64,000 nucleotides of DNA from Lingula anatina (Eukaryota; Animalia; Brachiopoda). Location: assembly GCA_051362555.1 (NCBI GenBank), contig CM120640.1, positions 13,082,001 through 13,146,000 on the forward strand, written 5' to 3'. A program made the translations under genes and the position numbers. Under the pieces are notes generated by a model. The model had not been told where the DNA came from. It was given only the letters and a program-made list of their open reading frames with translations, and did no database searches. How positions within the stretch are numbered: the first letter of the stretch is position 1; each line of letters opens with the position of its first letter. Shown piece after piece: positions 50,301 through 64,000 of this stretch.

Positions 50301-53300
50301 GCTATCAGAATAGGATAATGAACAAACAATTCAACATAAATTTAAATGGTCACATTAGCTTTTTCCTAGTCATGCATCAGATGATGGGAGTTGATGCCCT
50401 CCCCATTTTTGTGACAATCTGGCAGGTATTACAATGATGACCGTGTAACTTTCATGTAAAACAAGGCTCTGATGATAGATTACAACATCTATGTTGTGAA
50501 CTGAATATTAATATCATGGCCATATTATGGGAGACAGCATGATGACAAACCATTTTCTGGAAGCACCTTAACTTTTCAGATTGTTGCTTTTAAATAGTAT
50601 ATAGTAGAAAACTTGAGAACATATAAAAAGACAGATGCATGACAAACATAAGCATTATCAATCAGTGGGTGCATGTTGTGTCTTCACATATGCATAGACA
50701 CAATATAATATAGAATTGGAAACTGAATAATCTTCTAAATGGTTTGTTATGTATAAATTTAAAATGGCACATTCATCATTTGTATAGAATTAAGTCCTGC
50801 TCCTCTCTTCTTGAGTTATGAATGCAAATTTTAAGCAGTTTATCCTTTTGTAGAAAAAAGTTTTTGAATGTTATTGTTTCAGTGTCACATTTATCTTAAT
50901 TTTTTCAACATGTAAGTTTTACCTTGTGGTCCTTAGGAGGACACTGAAGTATGTGAATGCTGAATTGGCATTCATCCCCTAATGAATAATAATTATTTGA
51001 GTTTTTGTTGTGTTACAAGGAGTCAGCAGTTTGGTGGCTATTAGTGAGTTCTGTAAATTTAGCAAGCATTTGTTTTAATAGAAAAGAAGAGATGAGATTT
51101 CACATTTGCTCCTATTGTATGGAATTTGAACTCTGTTTTGTTTTGGGGTGTAATTAAAGCTTTAAAAATATAGATAATAAAAATGAGCACCACAAAATAG
51201 GAAGAAAATTTCATTGTATGCAAGTTCGATGAAGATGGATGAAATCAAAATTCTACTCAAAAATAGTTTAGAGGATGTCTTGGCATTGTTGTGAGTCCGT
51301 CTGCTGTGTGTTTGTCCTCAGCCTTGGGACACGGAACTCTAGAATGTTGACATCTGTCTTGCCACCTCACAAGCTGATAATGAGGTCCCTCTGCCCCATG
51401 GCAAAACCAATTCAAAGAGAAAGTACAAGTTTGCCAAAAACTTCCAACTCCCCTGCAAGCTAATTTTAGAGTCAAAGAAGTGAGTAAGCACTTGTGAGCA
51501 GGTCAAACAATGGCACCAGCAAACAGATGAGAGCGAATGTATTCTTTTCTATATAAAAACGTGTCTTCAGGCAGAAAAGTAGGGTGGAGGGGGCATTGAG
51601 GAAATTAGAGTGACTTAACTGTAGAAAAAGCCATGACTGCTTTTCAGTTCAGCAGTTTCTTTATAGAATAATAAATACATTTATTGTGCATGACTGAGAA
51701 ATAGTTACAAAGGGCAACATTTTATGGTCGTTTTGATGTCTATTTTATAAATTTTACATTTTCAGTCACTGCCCTTTATCCCACCAATCTGTGCAAGCAC
51801 CTCCTACCCCAGTCCAACAGCCATTCCTAATTTCTTCACTATGACTACGTAAATAGTAAGTTGCAAGCCCATAGGGACAACGATGATGTCTTCCTTACAA
51901 GCTATGCTAGTGAGCCCAAAGTCCATTTATTTTATCTCTGCGTGATCCTCCATTTCGTGAGTCTTCATGTAAGTGTGAAGCTTGTGTTACAAGATGTCGA
52001 TCCTGAATGTTGGAGATCAGCTTTCTACCAACCACCCACCTGGTTTTTTGTTGAAGAATTTGTGAAGTCTGAAATGTTTGGTGTTATTTTGGTTTTTCCT
52101 TGGTTGTGGTGAAAATCTATAGTGAAATAGAATGGATTTGATTATATTGATACATTCTTTTTCTTTGAAATTCAAGGTTTAAAATGTGCAAACAGAAATA
52201 ATTTTTTGAACAATAATTTTTTGCATTACGTTACCCTTTGATCATCTCTGACATTTCTTTTAAAACTTATTTTTCATTTTTTGTATTATTTCCAATAAAT
52301 ATTATTAGTGAAATTTTTGGAATCTTTTGATGAATTTTGTTCTTGCTTCATTATCATATAACTTTAACTGAATTTTTTCCCCATGCCCAGTTTTGTATAA
52401 CCCTGGTATGTGAAACTTGATTGGTGCATTTTGCACACTATTTGAATTTTAAACGACTTAATATGAAACTTCGTTTTTGCTTCTGATTCAAGATTTGAAT
52501 TTTAAACAACTTAGAACATTGTTGAAATTGTTGAGAATTGTTAAGACAGTGTCCCGTTTCACAGGATATCGAGACGATGTCTGTGAAATACAAGACATAA
52601 AATGCTAGTGTGAAAAACTTCAACTGAATTTTGAAGTATAATTTGGTTAAATCATGTATACACTGTATGTCGTGGAGAGAACTATCTCGTTTCTTCTCAA
52701 AAGCAACATTTGGCTTTATTTGATGCATAGATTGAAGTAGATAAGACTTTTAAGCCTTCGTTTTTGTCAAAAATCAGAATGTGACCTTAGGAAATTGATT
52801 TATGGTGCATTTTTAGAAATTGACCTTTTTGGTTTGGGTGTGGACTTAGTATATACATGTAGTTTCCCCTAGGTTGATCCTCCTGTTCCTGTTCTACAGT
52901 CACCAGTGTGAGCAGAATGTTTAAGTGGAAGGACATGAATCAGGTGGATAAGATTTGTGTGTGTGAAACAGTCTATCAGAATGGGAACTGTCACATTACT
53001 AGTAACACATACTGATAGGCTGCTGGAACCAAGCTGTTTCGTGGAAAGGTTTTAATTTGTCAAGCTGAAGTGGGGCTAGAAAAAAAAGAACTTTGCATGT
53101 GTCACTTTGGCAGGAGGTGAAACATTAGGAGATACTAACCAGATAGATTTAATTTTCTTTTAACTTTTAAAGTACTCACTGCCTTGGATGAAACGCTTAA
53201 TCCTGAATTAAAAACATGCCATGCATGCATAAAGGTGTGCCTTTTCAGCCAAGATGATAAACCTAATTCTGTATCTAACTAATGTTTTATTCTTTTTTTG

Positions 53301-54011
53301 AGATATAAGTTTGAGATCACTGAACCAAGTTGGGCAAGGTTAGAACATTTGATGTCAGCTGCTGGAATTAAAAATCAGTTTTTTTTTAAATGCAATCGTA
53401 TGAAAGCAGTGGTATATCAGAAGAAAACGATTGGTAAACTAATGGACTACACCTGACATCTACTCCTTAGCCCAGATTATGGGGTGGTGTTGATTTCTGA
53501 TTCTTTTCACGCCATTTTTGTGTGACGGGGTGGGTGGTTTTGCAGAGGTAGAAGATATTTTAAGTGGATCTTTTTCAGTTCAAGTGAGGTAGAATGATCA
53601 GCAAACGTGTTCTGATTTGCTGGGCAGATATCCCATGGTCTTCTGTTATCCACTACTTAGTAACCACATCCACTTTCTTTCCTAGTCATCAATAACACCC
53701 TGGTGGATTGAAAGAATATGATGTTCCCCTCGAAAAAAAAAACTTGGCACAGTATCTTGAGTTTATCTGTTTGTAAGGAGTATTTTTTATCACCTTCTGT
53801 AATTACTTTGGTTTAATATTTCAAGTTTAAAAGATATAATCTGTTTTGAATGATGATCGTAATATTGTTTTGCAGAATGATTGATAGCTCTCGTGGATTA
53901 TATATCATTGATGACTGATTTAATTCCTATCTTTAATTGAGGTCTCAACAGCTTAATAGCCTCTCTTGGACAACTTATCTCTGATATTACCAAAAACATC
54001 TTTTTCTCCCA

Positions 54012-54013
<2 letters not shown>

Positions 54014-54073
<60 letters not shown>
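54014..54073. repeat. (CT)n microsatellite
   Basis: About 30 CT units. Confidence 0.95.
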
Positions 54074-54077
<4 letters not shown>

Positions 54078-57000
54078 CTCATGTGAAACAAGAATCTAGT
54101 TGCCTTTATAATCTCTTCATTTGATCAGTTCCAGGAAATGAAATGGTTGTAACACTACTGTACTGTCTCACTGTGGATTGCCCTGTTATTATTTGGCTGG
54201 AGTGTCCCTTACCAAAGACCTCTGCCAATACATTGTACAGGATCTCCCTCCTGCTAATAAATAATGGAGCTGTGTGCCGTTCTGTTTTAATGAATACAAA
54301 ACCCTTGCTGTATTAATTCCCAAGAAAGAAAGGGGTGTTGTGGAGTAAGGTAACTCAAAATGAAAAAGTAACTTTTAGATAAGAGTAAAGGAGCTTAGAT
54401 TTAAGACATTTAAGTGCCCAGACATCTTCTGTTACAAGTAACTTATGCGTGATGCCTGTACTTGATTTTCAGTGAATTATCCTTTTTCCCCCTCAAAATC
54501 CTCTCCCTTATTCTCTAATGAGTATAGCCTAAATATAACAACGTTTCTTTCTTGTTTTACTGTCAAGTTGCAGTTTCATTACATGAAGCATTAACAGAAA
54601 GTTTGCATGAGGACACAGTGCATTGGCATACATGGTTGTCTGCTGTTTTTGTTCAGAGTAGTACATGTGTGTGGCACATTGCCATTTACAACAATACTCA
54701 GTTCAATTGACATTCAGTATAATGAAATAAAAGAAGTAAGAAGAGAAAAAAAAGAGAAAAAAGGAACTATTAACTTATATGTTAAGGGCCTATACACATT
54801 TTTGCTTTTTTCCTATCTTTAATTGGGGTAGTTTTGTGCCAATTTGCTAACCACTTGCTCTTTTGATATCACATTACTGAAGTGACATTATGGAACTAGA
54901 TGGTAATGATTGCCTGAAGTTAATTTATAAAATGCCTGACCACCCTGTCAATTTATTTCTCTTTTTCTACTTCAATTATACTACAAAGCCTTTAACTTTT
55001 AATCATCCCGCTTTAATTGACCAGTTTTATCTGCCTGATTTGTGGACCAGTAGCTGCCAGGTTTTACAGCTTTTATATCACATAATAAAATATATGTGGT
55101 AATTCAGAAAAAAAAGGGGAGAAGGGACATAATCTGGCACCATAAAGATAATGACTTTTTTCTTTTGTTTACTACTGATTTGTGTTTCAACTTTAAAACT
55201 CTCATTGTCATGGTACAGTGCATAACATTAATTGGCTGAATATCTCCTAAATCACAAGAGATTGAGTTGTAGGTACTATAACATCTGAATAAAAAGTGTT
55301 TTGAAAAAATTAAAATTTATATATTGAATTGTGACCCTGAGGTTTACTATTTTATAAAATGTCAACATTTGGCTTTGATTGTGCACTAGTTAGCTTCCTA
55401 TCACTATGGTCTTTTCCCAATAAATATACAGTTTTGGGCTGGTGGTATATTCCCAGTGATGTGACCAATTCCTCTCTTAATCTGTACTTCTTGTATTTAG
55501 AAAGAATCTGGATCTTTAAATTGACTTGTGTGATCTTCGATTCCTATTAGATGATCAAACATGCGGAATGTTTCATGCTGAGCATTTCATTTGCGATTGT
55601 TTAAGTTGTCACCCAAGACAGTAACAGGTCTCATTGGAATCCAATGTTGTCAGGGACTATAGACATTTAAGTGATGATTATTTAAAGAGTACTTCAAAAG
55701 GTTTTGGCCTTTTAATTAATTCTTTAGTGTTTAAAAGCAGGAATGATCATCTTCCTAAACTTGCTTTCCCCTGATTAAAATATAGAATGAAATGACATAT
55801 CTGGTGTCTTTCAAAATAGCAACGTGGCGAACAATGGATTAAAATCGGATGTTGCTTGATTTGAAAAAGGAGACATTTGTCTGGCCCATTGATTTTCACT
55901 AAAAGGTTTGCAACTTTAAGTCCATCAAATCACCATTCCCTTCACTGATCATTTCACTATCAGAATTTGTGAGAGGCCCCACCAGGAGACAGAATAGACA
56001 TAGGAAAAATACACAATTGTAATGGCCTTAATACTTCAGTTACAACTTTAGATTTATTTTATAGGCTTTTTATTTAATCTAATTATTGTAAAGTCTTTTC
56101 TTGGCATTTAAAAAGAAAGCTTGGATTCATCGTGTGTGTTTGTGTTTGAGATTATGTTTAGTTACTGCTCATTGAAGATGTTAGTAAAAGAATTGAAACA
56201 TTTCGTTTGAAAAGATCCGGCTGCAAGATGAAAATGTTTACCCTTGCTTTTTTACATGTGATAGATGTAACAGAATACCAACTTGATGGTGAAGAGCAGG
56301 TCTAGTAGGGCAAGAATAGGATGGAAGGAGGGAGAAAAGAAAGAGAGAGATTGATTAGTTACATCATTATATAACCAAAATGAATTCATGCTCACTGTCA
56401 CATTTCATGCATGACCTATTCATTAAAACATGTTTTTCATATTGCTTACACTACTCACTTGTTAGTTGCTCTGGAATCTTCAGGGTTTTTGAAGTATCAA
56501 CACGTCTGGTAGCTATTAGTTTGTCCCTTCTGAAATCTTCTCTAAGAAAGTGCTCTTTCACACCAGCTTATATTTTCCTATTAAATGCCCAAACTAAACA
56601 GAAAACCTTTGCCATCACCAGTGAGAGAGAGGAGACTGCTGATTGGAGCCTACTCTTTGAATTTGCATGTTAATATGGTTCATAAGGATATAAAGAATTT
56701 TGAATTTGAAAAGAAAATTTGTTGTTATATATCTGTGTTAATCCATGAAAGTGTTGTTGCTATTTGGATATTTTGCGGTGTATGAGGTAATTGCCATGGC
56801 AGTGTTTTCTTACAAGTGTTTTCTTACAATAATGTGCCTCAGATGTCAAAAGGTATAATAGGTATATGTCACACGGGGTGCTCTTCACTCTGGTATCTTT
56901 TTTATCAGGTTAGAATTAATTACATGGTATGTCTGGATGCCATGTAACTTTCAATCATTCAGGCAATTATCTTACACTCTCTCACTCGAGCTTAGATGCA

Positions 57001-59411
57001 GCTTTCTTATAGTTTGCTAAAATTGGTGAAACTGGTGTCAGAATGCAGTAGAGAACTTGAGGGTGGAAAACATTTTAAATACATTCCCATTAACTGTACT
57101 GGGGGAGCTAGGACATGCTGTTATCTGATGGCAATATATAGAAGATATTTAGTTCAAAGAGTAACATTTTAATGAACTTTGCAAATACCTACACAGCACA
57201 ATTTGAAATATCAAATTTTTTATTCAAAAATCAAAGTAATGTTTTTTGTTTGTTTTTGGTAAGGATATTTTGTTACAGATTATGCCATTTATTTGATATA
57301 AGTACACAGGTCAACATTGAAGTAATGTAATATTTATATTAAGATTTATTAATACTGTGACAGTTGTTACCCTGTCAAAAACAGCTGGCATAAGGATATT
57401 GTGTTACTATTTTTTTCATAATGAACTGAGCAAAGTGTACATTTTTTCCTTTTTCATTTACCATAATGTAGAATTAGCAATTGGTATTGTTAATGTATCA
57501 ACAGCTGCACATCATGAGCAGGACATGGTAATCATATTAGTTATGAGTGTGTTATGGGTGTCTCACTTCAAATTACATGGTCAGACAACAGTCTCAAGTC
57601 TCGATTTAGCTACAGGAGGCTCAGTAAATAACCTTTATAAACTCTCTTTTTCCTTCTTCTTCTTATTATGTAAAATTTGCCCTGTAAGAGGAGAAACTAG
57701 AGAAATTTAAGGTGTATCTGAAGATATATACTGATTGACTCAGAAATCTAATCTATGTCCCTCTGTCTACAGTGGTAGAAAGGTTTTTAATATTTTTTTC
57801 TTTTCTTTCTTTCTTTCTTTTTTTTTTTTTTTTTCATTTCTTCTATATTTAAGACAAATAACAGTATATTAAAATCACCTAGTCAGGTTACAATAGACAA
57901 AATGAAGATAAGACATTTGTGAAGAATATGAATAAAAAAATTTAGATTTATTCCTTACCAGGATGACATTGGACACGTTTAAACTGAGTAAATTGCACTA
58001 AATTCACTAGGAAAGGCAGTCTGTTTAAAACGTGTAGGTAAGTGCATGGTTCTGTGTATGTGTGTACTGGTGTGTGTAGACACATATGTGAGTCAGATTA
58101 CATGAGGTGTTGTGTTACATGTTATTTTATCACCTGTGCACATAAAATTAAGCTCCAAGGTTTTTCTCTATCTAATTCGGGTTGGTCACAATTATTTTAT
58201 TAAAGAAGATGGTTTGAAAAAAGTTTTCATTTCAAAGTTGTATTCAGTGTTCATTGTGATATATTGCTTCCAGCAGAGAAGACATCATCTTTGTTTCTGT
58301 TTTTGTGACAAACATGCTGCAGGGTTTCTAGTAGGAGATGATTTAGGGGCACTTGACACTTTTTATGAAAAATTACTACAATCTCTTACACACTGTCTTA
58401 AAATCGTCTCCCCCTCCCTATTCAGTTGAACTGCAGAGCTATCCCATATGGGGAAATACACCCAAAAACCCCAGAGTTTTTCATTGTGTTTGATGTGGTT
58501 GTGTTGAGAATGAATCCTTGATTGTGTTTGGATGTGCCAACAAGGTGAGCACAGCAAACACAGAATCTCTGTGAAATATAAAATAAAACAATTCAGTAGC
58601 GGTTATGATAACATAATAGTTATATTTTTTAATGAAACACAAAGCTTTTACAAAATTGATAACAAAATAAAACTTGGGGACACACATCAGATAAAAAAGT
58701 AATTATGCCCATCAGATAGAACTTTCTCTTATAGTAGCAGCATATTGTTCTGCAATAAGCTTGATGAACAGTAAAAAAAGCTATTTACAAAAAAAAAAAA
58801 ACATTACATTATGTTGATATTTAAAACCCTTGTATGGTTATCTGCTTTATATGATATATGTATATAGAACTTGTTTCTTAATAATAACTTAATATTGTTA
58901 TATGCACAAAATAAAAGTATAGGCAGTTAGTTATTTGGCTTGCTTTCTGATTCTGGACTCAACATGGATTCACTCTGAATGTAACCATTTCCACTGAATT
59001 ATAGTCAAGTTAAATTTCTTCAGTTGATTGAAATTCTGCCAGAATTTCAGATACTTCACATATTTATTATTATTTATGCTTGATCTCTGTATTGAGATAC
59101 TGTTTACATTTTTGCATTGATATTATTGTATAACATCTTTATATGATTAGTAATGAAAAATTGCAGCAGTGTTATTAGAGATTAGTAATATTTCTCATTT
59201 ATATGTACTTTTTTCCAGAAAATGTCACATTCCCTTGTGATATTTCTTTGAAATTTCTCTATGATGTAACAAGTAAATAGTTGTTTGAGCAGATTACCCC
59301 AGTAAATTAAGACATTTTAGACAATCTGATCAAAAACCAGATCTAGTCTTTTTAAAATGACGAAATTGAAATTAATAGATTAAAATGGAAATAAAAAAGG
59401 AGCCAAGGCTT

Positions 59412-59659
59412 TTAGTTTGTCCCTTCTAATATTATCTCACAGACGTAGTTAATCTTCAGTGAGTGGCAGTTCCAGTCATCCCAGCGATGTTCGCCATCTC
59501 CGGTGAAGTACATACAGTCCTGGTGCTGGTGGAATGAGTTGGGTTCCCCGGGGAGCCAGAAGGTGAAGGTCAGAGGTTTCCCAGTCCCCACCCAGGTCCA
59601 GGTCCCTTCATTGTGGAGATCATTGCCTCCAGACCAGAAGAAGGAGCTGCTCCATTTTT
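59412..59659 (-). CDS. Lectin B CTLD exon (C-half; EPN/WDD)
   Basis: tttttcaag| acceptor; 248 nt to TAA, identical in length to the last exon of lectin A. Confidence 0.9.
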
Positions 59660-60328
59660 CTTGAAAAAAAATTTATATGAAGTCATTATATTTTTATGAA
59701 AGATTGACTATATTTATAAAATGCATTTAAAGTTGAAGATATGTGTAACAGGGTGTTTGATATAAGAAGAGATAATTGGTAATCTGCTCAGTTATTGTTA
59801 AATATAGTGTCCCTAGATACAGAGGTTTTGGTAACTAGAATAAATAGATACAAACAGTATTTATGACATCATTAATGGACTAATGCCAAGTCACAAAAGG
59901 AAACAGTAGTCAGAATATGTTGTCAGCATATGAAAGCACAGATGCAGCATTTCTGGAGATGTTATCTTTTAACCAAAGACAAATAGCATATCTTTTACTT
60001 AGCAATTTGTTAAAATCAGTTACATCTTCAATATAAAATTGATAACATCACACTAGTAAAATAAAATAAATAAAGAATAAATACACAAAAGAATATCTGC
60101 TTTACCAAACTCTCTGTTAATGCAAACAAATCTATTCATCTCTATTACCTGCATTGTATTTCCTGTATGCTATCAGGAAGTCATTTTCCTCCTTGGACTC
60201 CACTCCCACCAGGTGTGCCCTGGGGTCCAGGCTCTGGCATGTCTCCTCAGCCTTCAGCCATGTCACTGTGGTGTTCCCAAACCTGTAGCAGGAGCGGGCG
60301 TAGCGCAAGAAACCCTCGGGACATGCAG
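59412..60328 (-). CDS. C-type lectin domain protein (lectin B, paralog of lectin A): last two exons join(60149..60328, 59412..59659); 5' exon(s) not found, probably beyond the window end
   Basis: Reads ACPEGFLRYARSCYRFGNTTVTWLKAEETCQSLDPRAHLVGVESKEENDFLIAYRKYNA|EKWSSSFFWSGGNDLHNEGTWTW...EPNSFHQHQDC...WDDWNC...YVCEIILEGTN*. Same intron positions and phases as lectin A. Confidence 0.9.
60149..60328 (-). CDS. Lectin B CTLD exon (N-half)
   Basis: tttctag| acceptor, CAG|gtaata donor, 180 nt, phase 1-1. Confidence 0.9.
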
Positions 60329-62817
60329 CTAGAAATAGTGACCGGAGGTTAGGTTTTGCTGTGTTCAGAGATAAAAAAAACTTTCATTTATAGAAGTGGA
60401 TGTTTTACAATGGCATGATACAAAGGATAGTTAAAATAAATGATTAAAATAAATGAAAATTCAGATTTTATTGATCAATAGAACTTGTGAGGGCTGTTTT
60501 ACAGCTTTGGCATATTTTCAATATATGCGAGTTTTAGTACTCAATTATCCAAGTTTTAATTCAATTCAGCCAAAAATCCCAGTATAACGCTTTGAAAACT
60601 GAGGTAAATGCCAAGGGAAAGAACATGAAAGACCAATTTTATGTTTATAATGAGCAGGTTCCACAGCTAAATATTTTGAAGGAGTTGCTGCTTGTTTGGC
60701 CTTTGGTAACCTGTTCATTTGATTGTGGATGTTTTCAAAACACATCAACTCTGTAGAGCTGCAGTGATTATTTTGGAAAGTAAATTCCATTTTTGCCACT
60801 TTTTTGCATGAGAGATAGACATTTCTGAAATAGAATTGCTTATTTCTGTGCTCTCTCTCTCTCTCTTCTGTGTATCTATCTGTTCAACTGACCAGGTGTC
60901 ACACCATGCCAGTGTCCTCCAATGAAAAAAGTTCTGTAGTTCTTAATTGTGTCACTGGGTTTCTGATTCTCATTTTTCAACGCAATGATCATCCTACCTT
61001 AAGCTTTCTTTATAGAAATGAAATGAGGATGAGTTGATCAAACAGGTATTAACTTCAATGGGTTTCTTTTTTAACTCAACTCCCAATGGTGTTTACCTTT
61101 TTTAATGGCACACAGGCAGATTTAATGAGAGTTTGGCATTTAAGATGCCTATCACTATGGGCCAGTGATGGAGCTAATGTATTTTGAGAAGTTGTCTGGA
61201 AAGCCTATGATAAATACTAGTGCTTATTTTGTGGTCAGTTGATTAATACTTCTAGTAGGTAGGAGAAAATTTGATATTTTAAACAATTACAGCAGCTTCT
61301 TTGCTTCTTTTCCTTTGAAACAGTTACCTTCTTTTGTTGCCTTTTAAACTTTTTCAACTTGTCATTTGTTGAATAATACCCCTAAATGGGTTGGAAAAGA
61401 ATTGTGAATTATCCTTTATGCATTTAACAAGCTTGTACTCATTTTATCTATGGGAGAAAATACTGCTCCAAGACTTGCTAATTTGGATTCATATTGCATT
61501 AATGTTTGTAAGATAAATGGAAAACACTGATAAATCAATCCCCCCTGCTGTCTTTCTGAATGAGATGTGTCACAAAGAACTTTTAAAAGATGACTGGACA
61601 AAAAGATTTGAAAACTGCAAGAAAGAAAGAAAAAAGTAGAGAATTTGTAAATATGTTGTATCTTCGATTGAGCTTCTAGTGTACATTAACATTATGCTTG
61701 AAAATGTAAAATAGACATGCAGATAGAAGTATAACACACCATATCTCCCAGTAAAAGGATGTGATGTGATATCCAGCAGTTAAAAGTCAAGTATTAGCTG
61801 AGGTTGGTGACAGTCTGGACAATTAGCCTTAGGACAGAGAGATAGGGGAGTTTCGAAATACTATCTGTAATGAAAACCCTGTGTCCATTTCTTTCTAATT
61901 TGTTTCTTTTCTTAACTTTTCTATGGGGGATTTGAAGGTGAAGGGAGGACAATGCCAGAAGGAGTCAGCTTGCATACCAGGGTGTTTTTCATGGTGTCAG
62001 TCATCAGTGATTTGCAGTAATACTTGGCATATCCTTATCAGGAAAATTTATCTACAAAGTAGCTGTAAATATGCTGTTCTGTATTTAAAAAGATTTTTTT
62101 TTTAATTTCAAAATCTAATTTTGTGAGGTTTTTATGGACCACTTATTCAAAAAAAAAAAAAAAAAAAAGACATAGGCAAAGCAGTGGAGAAAATTGCGTG
62201 CAGACATTGTTGTTATCCCAAAATGCATGTTAAGGTGAAAAATTGAACCTTATTTTTTATGGTTAGACTCCTGCCATTTTGAGTGTGACTGGGAAAAAAA
62301 TGCTGTTAGTTGAAACTAAACCTATGAAACTTGGGTGTCAAGACATCAAGAACTACAATCTGCAGCCCAGCAGTGTTGAGGCAATGAACAAGAACCAAGG
62401 AGGTGTTTGATTGACGCTCTGTGTCACAGGGCAAAAAAGGCATTGCTGGCTGAAGACACACCACCAGGCAGCGCGTGACTAAAATAAGCAAGTCTTAGCC
62501 TGAAAGAAGTCTTTCCCTCACCCATCATTGTATGGTTAATGTATAACCTTCAGTCGCAAACTGGATTTCTAGACTAAATATGGACTTCTGTTGGCTTGGG
62601 TAAATGACTAATTTGCCCCCATGCACTGGGGAACTCTTACAGCAGACAATCTAAGCACACAAGAGTTCCTCAGTTGTATACACTCGTGGTGTTAGAGGGA
62701 AATGATTTGAGGGGCAATGTTGAATAATGATGGTGAAAAAGATCAAAGGATGGGGTTTTTGAAACAAAAAAGGAGTAAATAAAATGTTTTTTCTCCTTAC
62801 TTCGAGAATTGTATTTT

Positions 62818-62856
62818 TTTTGTTTGTTTGTTTGTTTGTTTGTTTGTTTGTTTGTT
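62818..62856. repeat. (TTTG)n microsatellite
   Basis: About 9 TTTG units. Confidence 0.9.
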
Positions 62857-64000
62857 TTGTTTTTTTTTAAATACAAGTACACATTTGTAGTTATTAAAGT
62901 TGATTTGCTTGTATTTGCTCTTAATGTATTTTAGATGGTAATTGTATTTTCTCTTGCACAGAATTTGCAACTGTCACATTTATTGATAGGGAAGCAATAA
63001 AAAAGATAACATGATGAAAAGTGTTCTAAGACCCCTGACCCTGGCGTTTAGCACACATGGTATAAAGTTTTCATGATGCTAATAAGGACCATTTGTCAAA
63101 ACTGGTTCAATAGCCTGCTCTATGTCTGGGGCTATCCCAGGTATAGCACATCAAATATACCATCAAGTAGTTGCCCAATTAACTTGTCTTTACTTTACTA
63201 CACCAGAAATAATTTATTTTCTAAGTGATGGAATGTGTGCCTTGCTGATACCTTAATAAATAATGTGTATATTTCCATCCTCTTTTTCACATTCATCTTT
63301 GTTTGAATGTTTCTTTTGATCATATACATGATCAAGTGAGAAAGACTTGGAACTTTAAATATTATTGAATCATGTTACAGTATTTAGTCAATATACCATC
63401 AGATTTCAAAACCAAATATAAGTGTGTGAAGATTGAAACTTTAGACTCTTTGTGTTGACTTTAGAACAAAGTGCTTACCAAGGAGGAAAGAACAAACTCT
63501 CAGATTTTTAAACTCATTATTTTTCACCTCCCTGTGAATCACCGTGTCAACTTAAAATAGTGTATAAAGCACATGTGAAAATTACCTCTGTGCACAATGT
63601 AGTGACTTAGTTGACAAAACTGTAGTCTGAAGCAGTAAGAAACGGTAAAATAATTGGCCAGAAACTTGGATTTTAACCCATTTCTTTTAAAATCTTATAG
63701 ACACAAGAAAGTCAGCTCAATTATGTGTGGCATATGTTGTCATTGTGACATTGGTAATAAAGTAGCTGTGATATTATCTTATAAATTTTGTTTGAAAAAT
63801 AACAGCTTAAGACACTAAGGCTGTATTATATCAATGAACATTTTGTTGTTCTATGGCTACATTACTGCCAGATATTGTTCAGTTTACGTATAACCTCCAG
63901 TGGGATTGATCTACTGGTAGAATGCTCACTTCTGGAAGGGAGAGACCTTTATGAAAATTGTACTGGCTGTCCCCTCACTAAACAATTAAGTGCACAAAAG

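Overview
AT-rich (roughly one-third GC), intron-rich animal genomic DNA, probably a lophotrochozoan or mollusc (inferred from the gene and repeat types). The left part holds a complete 3-exon Pygopus gene on the minus strand (about 228 aa, NPFDD motif plus C-terminal PHD finger). It sits head-to-head with a YTHDC2-like DExH RNA helicase on the plus strand, with only 329 bp between the two start codons. Thirteen phase-consistent YTHDC2 exons (about 643 codons: R3H, RecA1, ankyrin insert) can be read from 15183 to 21741. I found no further YTHDC2 exon in the remaining 42 kb, so the rest of the window is probably one giant intron, or the gene is broken here. That region contains two paralogous antisense C-type lectin genes: one complete (signal peptide, long coiled coil, CTLD; 447 aa) and one represented only by its two CTLD exons. 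It also contains a frameshifted UDP-glucuronosyltransferase pseudogene and a 4.75-kb Helentron/HINE-like element carrying a 161-bp satellite with higher-order structure. A TTAA-flanked Kolobok-type MITE occurs three times across the window. All calls come from manual reading and translation; no database searches were run.
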